Below, piece after piece: positions 1 through 10,364 of a DNA stretch of 64,000 nucleotides; within the stretch, counting starts at the first letter, position 1; every line of letters starts with the position of its first letter. A program made the position numbers and the translations under genes. The stretch comes from Epithemia pelagica (Eukaryota > Protista > Bacillariophyta). The stretch lies in contig OX337230.1 in assembly GCA_946965045.2 (NCBI GenBank), forward strand, positions 2,666,001 to 2,730,000, given 5' to 3'. The notes below the pieces were generated by a model. The model saw only the letters and a list, made by a program, of their open reading frames with translations. It ran no database searches and had not been told where the DNA came from.

Positions 1-690
1 AGCATACGCACTGAAGAGTCCACCGTAGCCTCACCAAACTTAAAAGTTTCTTAGAACACACCACCAAGGTCTCAAAGCCACAATTCTAGCCTGGTTCATT
101 CGATTTCCATGAAGTGGTGCACCATTCCCAACCCTGCCCATTGGCCAAAAACGAGCCCAAATCGTGCCCACTGAAAAAATGGTCCTACTTTAGCTACTTC
201 TATCTCTATAACCATGGCCCCTGGACAAGACCACCCATCAAGGGGACCGAAGGCATTGTCTGGAGATGCTAAATATCGAACACCATGGTCTGGGAGTCAA
301 TATTCGAGAAGTTATCCCCCGTTCCCAACCGTGCGATTTGGGCGGGCGCGCCACCCTAGTAGGCACTAGGATTAGTTATTCCTTAAATCTATGCGAACCT
401 CTGATTAATGTCGCTTTCTGCATCAGAATAGGTCATTCCGTTTCTAGACAACCATAGTTGGAATACCCCCATAGGATTAATTCATAAATATAACCAAGGT
501 TAAGGGTTCCTAGCTTAATAATATGGCCCGGAGGTTTTCACCTAGTTGCTTACGGCAGAAGTAACTTTGTAAGAAACCGAGTCTTTTTGCACTTCCCTGC
601 AGATCATCATGATTTTACCCAATTACCGCTTTAAATACTCATTCGTGTTCCGACCACTTCATCTCCCTTGGCTTCTTCTGCCCGTCCACC

Positions 691-845
691 AACAACGACT
701 TGATCGATCAGACGCAACATATTGACCTCGTCATGGGCCACTGTCTCGACCGGATCCTCCTCATCCACCACATCGTCACTCCGCTGGTATCACCCCAACG
801 ACCGTATATTGTTGAGCAAGTTTGACTGGGCCTCTGCATATCGAC
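691..845 (+). mobile_element. Tyrosine-recombinase (DIRS/Ngaro-like) retroelement RT fragment, frameshifted
   Basis: Manual translation gives LRWYHPNDRILLSKFDWASAYR, matching the RT fragment at 9425-9700 (HPTERILISKFDWASAYRR). Confidence 0.7.
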
Positions 846-1149
846 AGGAGATCGATTGCTGCGTGTTCCGCATGTGAGGCTTGGGTGTCCGCGGCTGTGT
901 AGGGAGGGCAACGCTTGCTGTAGCCAATTGTTATGGTGTATCCGCGACCTACAACTCCCAAACCAAATCCATCCTTTTCCGCTCTTCCATCCTACCAAAA
1001 ATCACCACTTGTTCACATCCGACATCCTTCTACTCCTCCGTCACCCATCCCACACACAAAACATCCCCGACCACTCCCTCAATGCTGAAGACTCCTCTAC
1101 ATAAAAAAGAAAGCATGCTATGAGCTACTTTGCTTTGACATGGAACATG

Positions 1150-1795
1150 AATGACAAGAAATGGTTCAAACTGCTTCTGCAGGACAGGGATACGTAAGCA
1201 CAGGTTAAACATGTTTGTGAGATCGAGTAAAAGGAGGGCTCGAGTTGGGGAGTGTGGTGGGAGTGGTGGTGGTGATGTATTTGCCAATCTGTGTTTGGGT
1301 CATGTGGACGGTGAAGTCGACTCCGCCACTTGTTTGGATTCGTATTGACCATGTTGGGTTAGGATTGGTTCGATGTGGTCGGTGGTTGCGGTAAGTGTGA
1401 TGGTGGCGGCAGTCCGTCGTAGTCCGGTGCCTATCCCGATTGGTCTCAGGTTGTTTAGTTTGTTGATGTCCTTGTGCAGGGCGAAGAAGTGGATCGAGGC
1501 GAGGTAGGGGCGGATAGGTGTGGGGATCGGGTTCTTGCTGAGGATGAGTTCGTATAGGGCTTTGAGCTTTGAGGGACAAGAAGTAAGGGTGGTCAGATTG
1601 GGGGTGGGAGGTGGAACTGTGGAGTCCCATTGCACGGTATACGTATATGGAATTGGCATAGGGTCCGGGTGCGGTGCCTTGGCTGAGTCGGTGTTGTACT
1701 TGTTCAAACGTGGAGTCGGATATGGAGTTGTGGAAGGTGGGTAGGTATTGTTGTTCTCGGGTTTGTCGTGGTGGGTCCAGTCGGGGTGGGAACAA
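1150..1795 (-). mobile_element. CRE-like non-LTR retrotransposon RT N-terminal part, frameshifted
   Basis: Ordered RT motifs across three frames: GTAPGPY; FALHKDINKLNNLRPIGIGTGLRR; GQY/IQTSGGVDF; TRALLLLDLTNMFN. Confidence 0.8.
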
Positions 1796-2016
1796 CTCGA
1801 ATGCGAGAAAAGAAAGATTCGTTCTTGATGGCAGTGAAGCAGTCTTGAGTCGTCATCAGTAGAGATCGTCGACGATGATCTTTGTGCACGACTGCTGAGG
1901 TGTGCAGCCGCAGATTCGTCATCATTGTATCTGGTTGGGACCAAAGGCGGCATGGAAGATCGAAGAATAGCCACTCGGTTTTCCCATTTGTTGTGTGGTT
2001 TATTGTTTTGTAGCTT

Positions 2017-2170
2017 CTAGTCCAACACATAGACTGGACAGCCGAATGGCTTCCAGTGTTTCTTGTTTGTGTTGACTGTCGTTTGTGAGAATAGCTGTAG
2101 TGGTGATTGTTTCAATTCATGTTGCATGTTTGGGCTCGCATTGATACAATCGTTTGCGTGTAGAAGTTGG
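2017..2170 (-). mobile_element. Ty1/copia integrase C-terminal fragment
   Basis: HANDCINASPN...SPLQLFSQTTVNTNKKHWKPFGCPVYVLD*; FGCPVYVL is a copia integrase motif. Confidence 0.8.
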
Positions 2171-2479
2171 GAATGACCATTGAGTGGGATTTTCCCAGGT
2201 CGTCTTCCCATTCCCAGTGGATTGTGCCCGTCCAGGGTGAGACAGTCTCCCAAACAGGGAACGGAATGCGACTGTCCGGCATAGATGGCGACCCACAACG
2301 TCGTCCCATCATGGCTTATGCCAATCCTTTCAACGGTCTGCCAATGTCTGTGGGATATCACTACGGTTCGGTGACTGAAGCAACACAACAACTGGCCAAC
2401 ACTGTATCGGTTATACACGACAATAATTTCAATCTATCTGCTGCGCAAAAGGAATGGTGGTCGGGAAATCACGAGAAAG

Positions 2480-2751
2480 GTCTTAAGGCAACGACAGTGC
2501 GAGGAATTGTAAATCCCACAGGTCATGGAAAGCCGAAAAACACGCGGCATGTCAACCTCGATGAGTTGGTGATTGAGAGGAAGTTGAACTGGAAGCAAGA
2601 CAGAACTAAGGTCCATATCTTGCCAAGTGTGTTCTCACCGACCGGCATGGTAGAAAGATGTTTGACTCCACAAGAACTCGCGTTGGCCTTGGATTTCCCG
2701 GCCGCATTAAGCAAACGAGCCACTGACACTGAGTTTTTCCGCATGAGTTAA
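2480..2751 (+). mobile_element. ORF fragment, probably from a YR retroelement, ending in a cytosine-methyltransferase motif-X-like segment
   Basis: LPSVFSPTGMVERCLTPQELALALDFP resembles the R-LT-xxE...FP pattern; assignment from recall, not searched. Confidence 0.4.
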
Positions 2752-2869
2752 AGCATCGTCCTTTTGTTGAGCACACAAAATGATCTACAGAGACACATTG
2801 TCCAGGATGGAGGTTGCCATCTTTGGTGACACCTCGCCGATCTTTGACAATGGTGGTCGTCGAACCGGG

Positions 2870-3110
2870 TTCAGTACGCCGTCTTTGCTTACCAAATGCC
2901 CACCCTGCAAATATCTGGGAAGTTTTTCTTCAAGTGAGGTATCTCTGATTTCGACAAAGCGTTCGATAACGTCAAAAACGTCGGGAAGGGAGCGGTGCTT
3001 GTTGTTGTAGGTCCCTCCCAACCAGCGGAAAATGTCCGCGTAGACGAAGTTTTGTCTACAGAGGGCGACCGAAAGGAGGTAGGCTTTTCGGTAATGAAGT
3101 GGGGCATCCG
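2870..3110 (-). mobile_element. YR retroelement RT-ORF N-terminal fragment
   Basis: DPDAPLHYRKAYLL...DIFRWLGGTYNNKHR resembles the R[YW]LGGxY...HR segment recalled upstream of RT in diatom YR elements. Confidence 0.55.
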
Positions 3111-3235
3111 GATCGACTTTTGGTGGTTGCCTACAAAGGGAAAGTGAGATTCCCGGGCAGCGTGTTACACGAGTATACCGCCAATGTGGTGGCTGAGAAC
3201 TTGTTTGCCCAAAAATCGACAGTGAAGGGAAACGC

Positions 3236-3700
3236 CACGTGATGATGAAAGAGATAATAGGGCACAGGAAAAACGGGGACGCGGTTAGTCGAGACGATGG
3301 GTTCACGTTATCTGCAAATGGGAACAAGCACCCGAAATGGACGACGAAAGGATGGGAGATAGCCGTCGAATGGGTGGATGGGAGCCAGGATTGGGTACCA
3401 CTCAAAGATATGAAGGAAGGATACGCGGTAGAGTTGGCGGAATACGCGGTCGCATTTCACTAGTGGGTACCGCAGGTACTAAACCACTTACGAAGAATCG
3501 TGAAGAAGGTGAAAAAGAAGTACTGGAGGACGACCAAGAAATACGGGATCCAGCTACCTCAACCTCACTCAGTTGAGGAAGCGTTAAGGATAGACGAGAT
3601 CACGGGGACTACCTACTGGAGGGACGCTATAGAAAAGGAACTTAAGGGCGTGAGTGTGGCATGGGAGGCCAGAGACGACCTCAACCTAGAAGAGGAGAAA
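3236..3700 (+). mobile_element. pol: CoDi-type copia pol fragment (chromo-like segment and pre-RT region), frameshifted
   Basis: KEIIGHR...TTKGWEIAVEWVDGSQDWVPLKDMKE...AEYAVA and KKYWRTTKKYGIQLP.SVEEALRID...YWRDAIEKE, collinear with the pol at 32864-34711. Confidence 0.9.
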
Positions 3701-3764
3701 GCGGGACATCGTAACAAGGGCCATCAAGTCTCACAAAGCGAGACTCAATTTTGATGGCTCGTGC

Positions 3765-3830
3765 ATGGAGAAAGGGCAAGACTATGATCAGACCACATAC
3801 GCACCAGTAGCCAACAGCAGAAGCATACTA
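3765..3830 (+). mobile_element. Copia RT start micro-fragment
   Basis: MEKGQDYDQTTYAPVAN resembles GxDYxETYAPV. Confidence 0.5.
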
Positions 3831-4239
3831 TGCCCCATTTCAACTTCGGAGGGAATGACTTGTCTGGGGGACAACGGGGAGCACACGTGCCCGACCCACG
3901 CGTGCATGACGAGTCAGTCGAGCCTCCTTTGGACTTCACCATTCTCCAGCAACACATTTTACTCGCAAGTATGCTGAGCCTTCTGATCATACTACCAACT
4001 ATCCTGTGGATTCTACCTAATCCACATTCGTTGGAAAATGCAAACACAGTGTTCAAGAACGGATTCGAATTACTATGGAAAGGAATTACACAATTATGGG
4101 GAGGGGGCTGCAATCTGACCTATGGATTCCTCACCATGGGGTGGGGACTGTTGATCCATCCCTCCTATGGGCGTTCTCTCAACGTGAAGCCGACGCTGAG
4201 ACAGTTGCCTTTCTTAATCGATTACTAAACTCTTTTCCT

Positions 4240-4610
4240 ATTACTCCTCACCTACATATGTTGATTCCAAACCGACATGGTCCCAGTGCGCGCCATCGCT
4301 CCGGAGCTCCGTCCTCCACCTTCCACAAGCACCCGCACGTTCGTGGGTGCCCGATATACTTCGACTCCACTGTCCGTCTTCACTTTTACCCGGGCGCGAG
4401 TCACTTTCATCACCACGCTTGGCTCAAACACGCGGCACGCAGTAAACGTCCTGCCGTCCGTCGTCTTGCTCGTTTCTTTCAGGCTTTACTCACGACTTCC
4501 CCTTTGCCCGTCCACCTGCAGGCGTCGCACAAACCAGGAGAGGATAATCACAACGCCGACCTCGTCCTGTCCAGACCCAGCAAAGCTCCCACCTGGGCAT
4601 CCGTTACAGG
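4240..4610 (+). mobile_element. YR retroelement RNase H fragment
   Basis: AWLKHAAR...LQASHKPGEDNHNADLVLSR fits the HxPGxxNxxADxLSR motif. Confidence 0.7.
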
Positions 4611-4759
4611 TCTGAAGAGGAAGCCGAAAAGGATGAATCTCCCAAGAAGAACTCCATTATGGAGGAGGAGGCGGTTTCCTCGGAAGACAAAAACGCTGAG
4701 GAACCGGCTTCACTCACCCCTGTCCCACAGCAAGAATGTGAGCCGGCAAAGCCAACGCA

Positions 4760-5025
4760 ACCCTCGAAACCGTGTAGATCACTTTCTTGTTTCCCTCCAT
4801 GGTGACGTATTGTTTGTACTAGTCGTTTATCTTGCAGAACACGTCCACTACTGGTCCTTCCAGTTTCATCAGGACGAAGTCTGGCATGAGGGCTTTTAGG
4901 TACGCCCCCGCGATATCGGCCGTTGCCACGTCGCGTCGCTCAAGGGCGTCGATTATGAGCGTGAACATCAAACCGTCGCTTGATAGTGCCGGTGACGCAA
5001 TCTCCCCTTTCTCGTACTTGTCTCT
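4760..5025 (-). mobile_element. Copia RT fragment with internal stop
   Basis: Manual translation IASPALSSDGLMFTLIIDALERRDVATADIAGAYLKALMPDFVLMKLEG...D*YKQYV. Confidence 0.85.
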
Positions 5026-5039
5026 TTGTGGCCTTCCAT

Positions 5040-5255
5040 CTTCACAGCTGATCCCGCTTCCCTAAGCAATCATCCTTCTCCCTTCCTCTCCTCCTTGATG
5101 GACCGTCGCTTCGCCATGTTCCCCCTCCCGGACTTCCCTCCCAAGGAGAACGATCGTTTCGAAGATGTTGTCAACCGCCTCTCCTCCATTCCTCCTACGG
5201 ACTGGTGCGATGCCTTTTCAACTTCCTACCACCTCGAGATCTCACGTGACACCTC
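5040..5255 (+). mobile_element. Unidentified ORF fragment, possibly YR element ORF1; paralogous to 31780-32035
   Basis: PTDWCDAFSTSYHLEISRDTSKW aligns with PVGWADAFCSDFHLALDSNPKLW on the minus strand near 32000. Confidence 0.35.
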
Positions 5256-5395
5256 GAAATGGGACACGAATGGGAGCAACCAACCCAGCACCAAAAGGAG
5301 GTCTTGGCCCTCCAGGCCGAGGTGCTCCATCTCAAGAAACAGTCCAACAAGAACAGCGCGGACAAAGCAAAAGCCAAGGATGGAGTACACAAGAA
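5253..5395 (+). mobile_element. Copia gag fragment
   Basis: LEMGHEWEQPTQHQKEVLALQAEVLHLKK resembles the W..P...Q..I.AL.AE gag segment of diatom copia elements. Confidence 0.5.
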
Positions 5396-5626
5396 ATTCA
5401 TCGCAGCCCAAAAATGTGGGTCCAACCTTTTATATGGATCTTTTGCTACTCAGCCTTAATGGGAGTTTTCCGACACTTCCTCAGCCATCATGGAATGTTT
5501 GATGAAAATGAAGGAGGCAGCCAATCTATTTAACTACTCTTTTCGATACGCAAATCATTACAAGTTTTATATCAAAGAACTTGGAATCAATTATTTGAAT
5601 TGGAAAAAAAATCATGTTGTTCACAG

Positions 5627-5644
5627 AACCCTAACCCTAACCCT
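5627..5644 (+). repeat. Interstitial telomere-like repeat (AACCCT)3
   Basis: Three perfect copies read directly. Confidence 0.85.
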
Positions 5645-5898
5645 CACACTGAATATGCAAGAACAATTTGCGATGCATCATATGAACATAAGATCCAGGT
5701 CAAACTGGTGAACCAAACACCGAAACGGAAGATTCATGTTCTAGACCAGTAGCACCGCGAATAAAAATACACTGCGAGTCCTCCCCCACAAGGGCAGACC
5801 ACGAAGCTTTCTTGACGGCATGCGATGCCACACTGCACTCCAAACGCATATAGATGCGATGTCCCGAACCAATGACTCCACGACACACATCCCCAAAA

Positions 5899-6455
5899 TC
5901 AGAGAGTCAGGTCAAAGCTGGACTGCAGATATTTCAATACACGGGTCAACTTTCGCTTATCATCAACGTCGGGGCTTGCAACTCTGGTACTGAGAAACGC
6001 CACGGCTGTCCGGATGTCGGGTCGACCGCGTTGCGCTAGGTAAGACAATTGCATGGTTCTGTGAAACTCCTCGGCCTCACTTGACGACAGTTTGGTGGCG
6101 TTGTCCCGTATCATGGTCAGGTGATTTGCTGCTGGGGACTGTGCCTTCCCTTGCATGGACTTTGGTAGATCATCCAGGATCGTCGCTAAATACAGACGCA
6201 TGTCCACTTCGAGGCCACCGTCCTTGCTGTAGTCCAAGTACATCCCGAAGTAGTCGTGACGCCGTCCCCGTGACACAGAGAGCTCACCAAGACACCCAAA
6301 CTCAGCCTTAAGATCCTCAATGATCTTGGTCAACACTTCTTCTTGGACGTGCGAAATCTTGAGATCATCAATGTGCCATGTAATGGTACATTGTGCTCCA
6401 TCTATCCATTTGTTTGCCACGCAAGCGTCATAAGGATTGATGACGAATCCCACAG
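5899..6455 (-). mobile_element. pol: Copia RT C-terminal fragment
   Basis: GFVINPYDACVANK...ITWHIDDLKISH (catalytic HIDD)...HDYFGMYLDY...RPDIRTAVAFLSTRV. Confidence 0.92.
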
Positions 6456-6589
6456 TAGGAACTTGGCAACCTTTGACCAACCGTCAAGATTTGTGTTACT
6501 CATTCCATCATAGACGGTGCATTGTCTAAGATTTATCGACAGATGTAGGACGACATAATGAGAATTTCCAGATGCCAATACAACAATCT

Positions 6590-6880
6590 TTGTATAGACC
6601 CATCTTCCGTCATTTCAACTCACGACAATGGGAACACAAACTCCCAAATTCCCAATGCCGGCGATGACGAAGATGCCAACCCCGCCGTCCACTACGGCAC
6701 AGCATTTCTACGGTTCCTCTGGTATATTTATAATTTGCGACTAGATCACCCTCAAGAAGACATCTTGTTGTCGGCGGATGATATCAGAGCGGCTTTTCGC
6801 CGCATAAATTATAATCCCACCGCTGCTACAGCCTTTGCTTGTGTTTTGGGGTGGTTTCTCATAATACCGGTGGGGATGAA
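6590..6880 (+). mobile_element. YR retroelement RT fragment
   Basis: NPAVHYGTAFLRFLWYIYNLRLDHPQEDILLSADDIRAAFRRINYNP...FLIIPVG. Confidence 0.75.
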
Positions 6881-6884
6881 GTGT

Positions 6885-7429
6885 TCGTAATGAAGGGTCT
6901 GGAGTACAACTCCATGGATCGTACGGTGTACGTGATCCGGTTGTGCGTTCATCCGAACGACTCGAAGCTTTACACTGCCAAGGTCAACATGACCGACGAT
7001 GACTTCAAGGAGAAGTCAGTGAATGTGACGGGGCCTTGGCGTCGCAGCTGGCACAAGGACAGCGACCAATTTCTTGAGATGGTCGATGAAGACTTCCACC
7101 AGGCTTGTCAGAAGGCACTCAAGAAGGCCGCGACAAAGAGCACCAGCTCCAACTATGGGAACAAGCACTGGGAATTGATCTTCCCCGACGGCGTTGTCCT
7201 CGACAACACCGTCTTTCGTCCAGGAAACAATACGTTGATTGCAAAGGAGAAGGCCCTGATGCATCAGGTGGCCAGAAAAGATGAAAAAGGCAAGGACATT
7301 GTCTTGTATGGAATGTTCTTGCACTGGTGGATTGCTGAGAAGAATGGAGCTGAAGAATTGGGTCACGACGCGGAGGAAGAAGAACTTGCTTCCCTTTTGA
7401 AGCGCAAGGCAAGGATCACGAACAAGTGA
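6885..7429 (+). CDS. 3' part of an unidentified protein gene, 5' end replaced by the RT fragment
   Basis: About 180 open codons of globular-looking sequence (KHWELIFPDGVVLDNTVF...WWIAEKNG), stop at 7429, AT-rich tail follows. Confidence 0.55.
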
Positions 7430-8221
7430 TCACATCATGAGAATTATGAGAGAATGAATGAACGAATTGTGATAGCACACTATAACAAGACTTAACTCGT
7501 GATTGAGAGAATCGAACAATAAGTAGAAATCATTGAACACATCCATTAATTGTGACTCCTTATAAGCATCACTTGGTTCGAAACCCAGAATTGTAGTGAT
7601 TTTGGAAACAACACCTTCTTGATTTCTTGTTTTTCGGAATGGATTTGTTCTTGACGACATGCGAGCTCCACAATGTGTAAGGTATTTTTGCCATAAATGA
7701 GATATGACCCAACCATACCAGTCCTTTGTTGATACAACTGCATCGGATACAATGGTCCACAGTGAAGGCACATACAGCAACATTATTGAAAGGATCCATA
7801 ATAAACGGTTTTTTCCTGGTTATGTTTCTGGGATCACAACGAACTTACGTCCAAACACACAACCTGTGGGGTGAGTTCCGACTAAAAGTCGTGGCCATGG
7901 TGCATCAAAGAATCGTTCTTCATAAACACTATTGTTGTCATTGTCAACCTGGGTGATGAATTATCTCAGAACTTGCTTCGACCCGGCGAACCAAGAGCAC
8001 ACTCTGTCGAGATCGTCTGAAATCTCCATACATAGCGATGCTATCTTCAAGGGTTATATACGTCGATCCAACCAAACATTGCTCTGCATTTTTCTATTGG
8101 TTCATTTTCTCGGTGCTCTATCATTGTTCTGTAGTCCTTGTATTGGTATTCAGAATCCAGCCCCTGATGCGTCTCCAAAGTAATATCTAACCTTGGCTGT
8201 ATCCTTGTCTGGACGCAAGTA

Positions 8222-8530
8222 TCACTCGAGAGGTTCTGCGGATTGGGTGAGGTCCTCCATTGCTTGGACGTCGAAGATCATTCGCTTCACTAGTTTCACT
8301 GGAGTGGGTGCATTCTCCATCGCTTCATTGTCCCTCAGACTAGCTGGGTCATTTGTTACCTTCCAGCCATCCTCATTTCCGCCTGGTCGCCAGATGTTGA
8401 TGGTGGCGTACACACCATTGAGATAGAGGAGGAGAGTCGGGTAGGCGCGTCCAACATGGTTGATGAAACCTGCAACTTGCTCTAGAGTTTTTGGATGCAC
8501 AGTTGCGACCCGTATCTTCTTCTGGAAAGT
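8222..8530 (-). mobile_element. YR retroelement RT-RNase H connection fragment
   Basis: KTLEQVAGFINHVGRAYPTLLLYLNGVYATINIWRPGGNEDGWK...APTPVKLVKRMIFDVQAMEDL. Confidence 0.7.
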
Positions 8531-8544
8531 GGAGTCTAGCCACG

Positions 8545-8775
8545 AGTCCGGCGACCGGACATGGCGACGATGGATGGACCACCTCCGACTCATCCACCAC
8601 GAATCAGACCCCTTTTTGGACCAAGTCCAAACCGAACACGGACGACTCACCATCGTCGCCACCTTCTTACAGCGACTCCGAGACGGCGATTGGGATCGAC
8701 GAACAAGTAGCGGACCTATTCGTGTAACGACTATCGACAAAGCCCTTGGCGAGCTGGCAGCGGCTTTCAGGCCTG
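8545..8775 (+). mobile_element. Tyrosine recombinase N-terminal fragment
   Basis: TWRRWMDHL...DPFLD...IVATFLQRLRDG...PIRVTTIDKALGELAAAF resembles the N-terminal domain of YR-element recombinases. Confidence 0.6.
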
Positions 8776-8905
8776 CGCAAAGGCATTCGAGAAGTCGGTC
8801 TGAATTGTCGTCTAGTTGAAGACGAGAGTCAGGAGCAAGACGAGACGGATTGTTGTCCATTGGACAACCGGCGCGTAAGTTTCGAAGAAGTCGACGCCAT
8901 GTGTT
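8765..8905 (-). mobile_element. Copia RT N-terminal micro-fragment with stop
   Basis: Manual translation GVDFFETYAPVVQWTTIRLVLLLTLVFN*TTIQTDFSNAFAQA. Confidence 0.85.
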
Positions 8906-8936
8906 TGTTGATCGCCTCTAACGCAGAGTCAAGGGT

Positions 8937-9424
8937 GGGGCAAGGGTGTGGCCAGCAAGGGTGCAAAAAGAATCTGCCAAGAGTCCAGGAAGAGTGGGGC
9001 AAGGGTGTGGCCAGCAAGGGTGCAAAAAGAATCTGCCAAGAGTCCAGGAAGAGTGGGGCAAGGGTGTGGCCAGCAAGGGTGCAAAAAGAATCTGCCAAAA
9101 TTGGGGCAAGGGTTTGGCCAGCAAGGGTGCAAAAAGAATCTGCCAAGAGTGGGGCAAGGGTGTGGCCAGCAAGGGTGCAAAAAGAATCTGCCAAGAGTCC
9201 GCCAAGAGTGGGGCCAGCAAGGGTGCAAAAAGAATCTGCCAAGAGTGGGGCAAGGGTGTGGCCAGCAAGGGTGCAAAAAGAATCTACCAAGAGTGGGGCA
9301 AGGGTGTGGCCAGCAAGGGTGCAAAAAGAATCTGCCAAGAGTCCAGGAAGAGTGGGGCAAGGGTGTGGCCAGCAAGGGTGCAAAAAGAATCTGCCAAGAG
9401 TCCGGCAAGAGTGGGGCAAGGGGT
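8937..9424. repeat. Minisatellite, 9 copies of a 48-bp core with an optional 11-bp extension (59-bp variant)
   Basis: Core GGGGCAAGGGTGTGGCCAGCAAGGGTGCAAAAAGAATCTGCCAAGAGT, with or without CCAGGAAGAGT; one copy is internally deleted. Confidence 0.97.
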
Positions 9425-9700
9425 GCATCCGAGTCAACGAAAATGTGTGGGCCGACACCACATTGGAGTGGCGACTGACAAATGTCAGGAGTCCAATCTG
9501 CAAAATCGGCAAGGTCGTTGCACAAGTCGGTGCCAATTTCCGAAACTATGGAAAACTCGTCGAAGGTTGAGGTGCGTGAACTCGTTGGATGGATCAATGG
9601 TGATGTTTCTTGCAGCTACTTCACCATCGCCGTGGATCCGTCGGTATGCCGATGCCCAATCAAATTTTGAGATCAAGATGCGCTCGGTTGGGTGGAGCAT
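9425..9700 (-). mobile_element. YR retroelement RT fragment, frameshifted
   Basis: HPTERILISKFDWASAYRRIHGDGEVAA...HLNLR then FSIVSEIGTDLCNDL...WTP...SPLQ...DAPLA. Confidence 0.8.
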
Positions 9701-10364
9701 ACACGGTTGATTGTTATCCTTCTTACTGCTTTCCGTCTTTTTGGGTTGGTCTTTACTTCTTTGCCTCTCGCTTCTTTGTTACTCTCAAGATCCCTTGGTG
9801 GCGTTTTACATGGTCTTACGGTCGTCTCTCTTGTCGGTTTTCCACGTCTCGCTTATACGGTTGCTTCTTTTGGCTTTGGTTTCTCTTTAACGGGTTGTTT
9901 GAATCTACGTTGATTGCTGGTTGTCACGCTGTCGGATTGTCCAACGCTGCTCCCCCTCTTCTTCTTCACCTACAGAACCTCGATGCTGATTCTCTTTTAT
10001 CGACCAAGTTTCCTCCTAGCGGTTTTGATTCTCGTCTTGGATTGACTGATCATCTCATTTCGTTGTCTCCCACTTCGTGTTCAGCTCTACATCATGGCTT
10101 CTTTTCGTTTGCTTCAAGTACAGATCCGCTCCGTCTTCCTTTCATCTCTTCGCGTCACTGGGGCGAGAATGGCAAACGCAAAATCAAGCGCCCTTTTGAA
10201 GCTCTTTACCGCTCTTACTTGCATGGCCTGGACGATGACAGCCTCACCAATTTGTTTCTTATGCAGTGTTTGACACCCGTAGACAACTCAAGTTTTTGGG
10301 ATCCTATACTTTGGACCCATCTGTCCGACACTTTTGGCTTCGACACTTCTGAAGATGACACTCC

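Noticed and set aside
1-690. Possible LTR or promoter at the window start
   Set aside because: No partner repeat, defined termini or supportable motif in the window.
8937-9424. CRISPR-like array
   Set aside because: No unique spacers; the variable part is only presence or absence of one 11-bp motif; no cas genes; eukaryotic context.
8746-9710. Six long overlapping ORFs across the minisatellite
   Set aside because: The repeat unit lacks stop codons in these frames; the translations are repeat artefacts.
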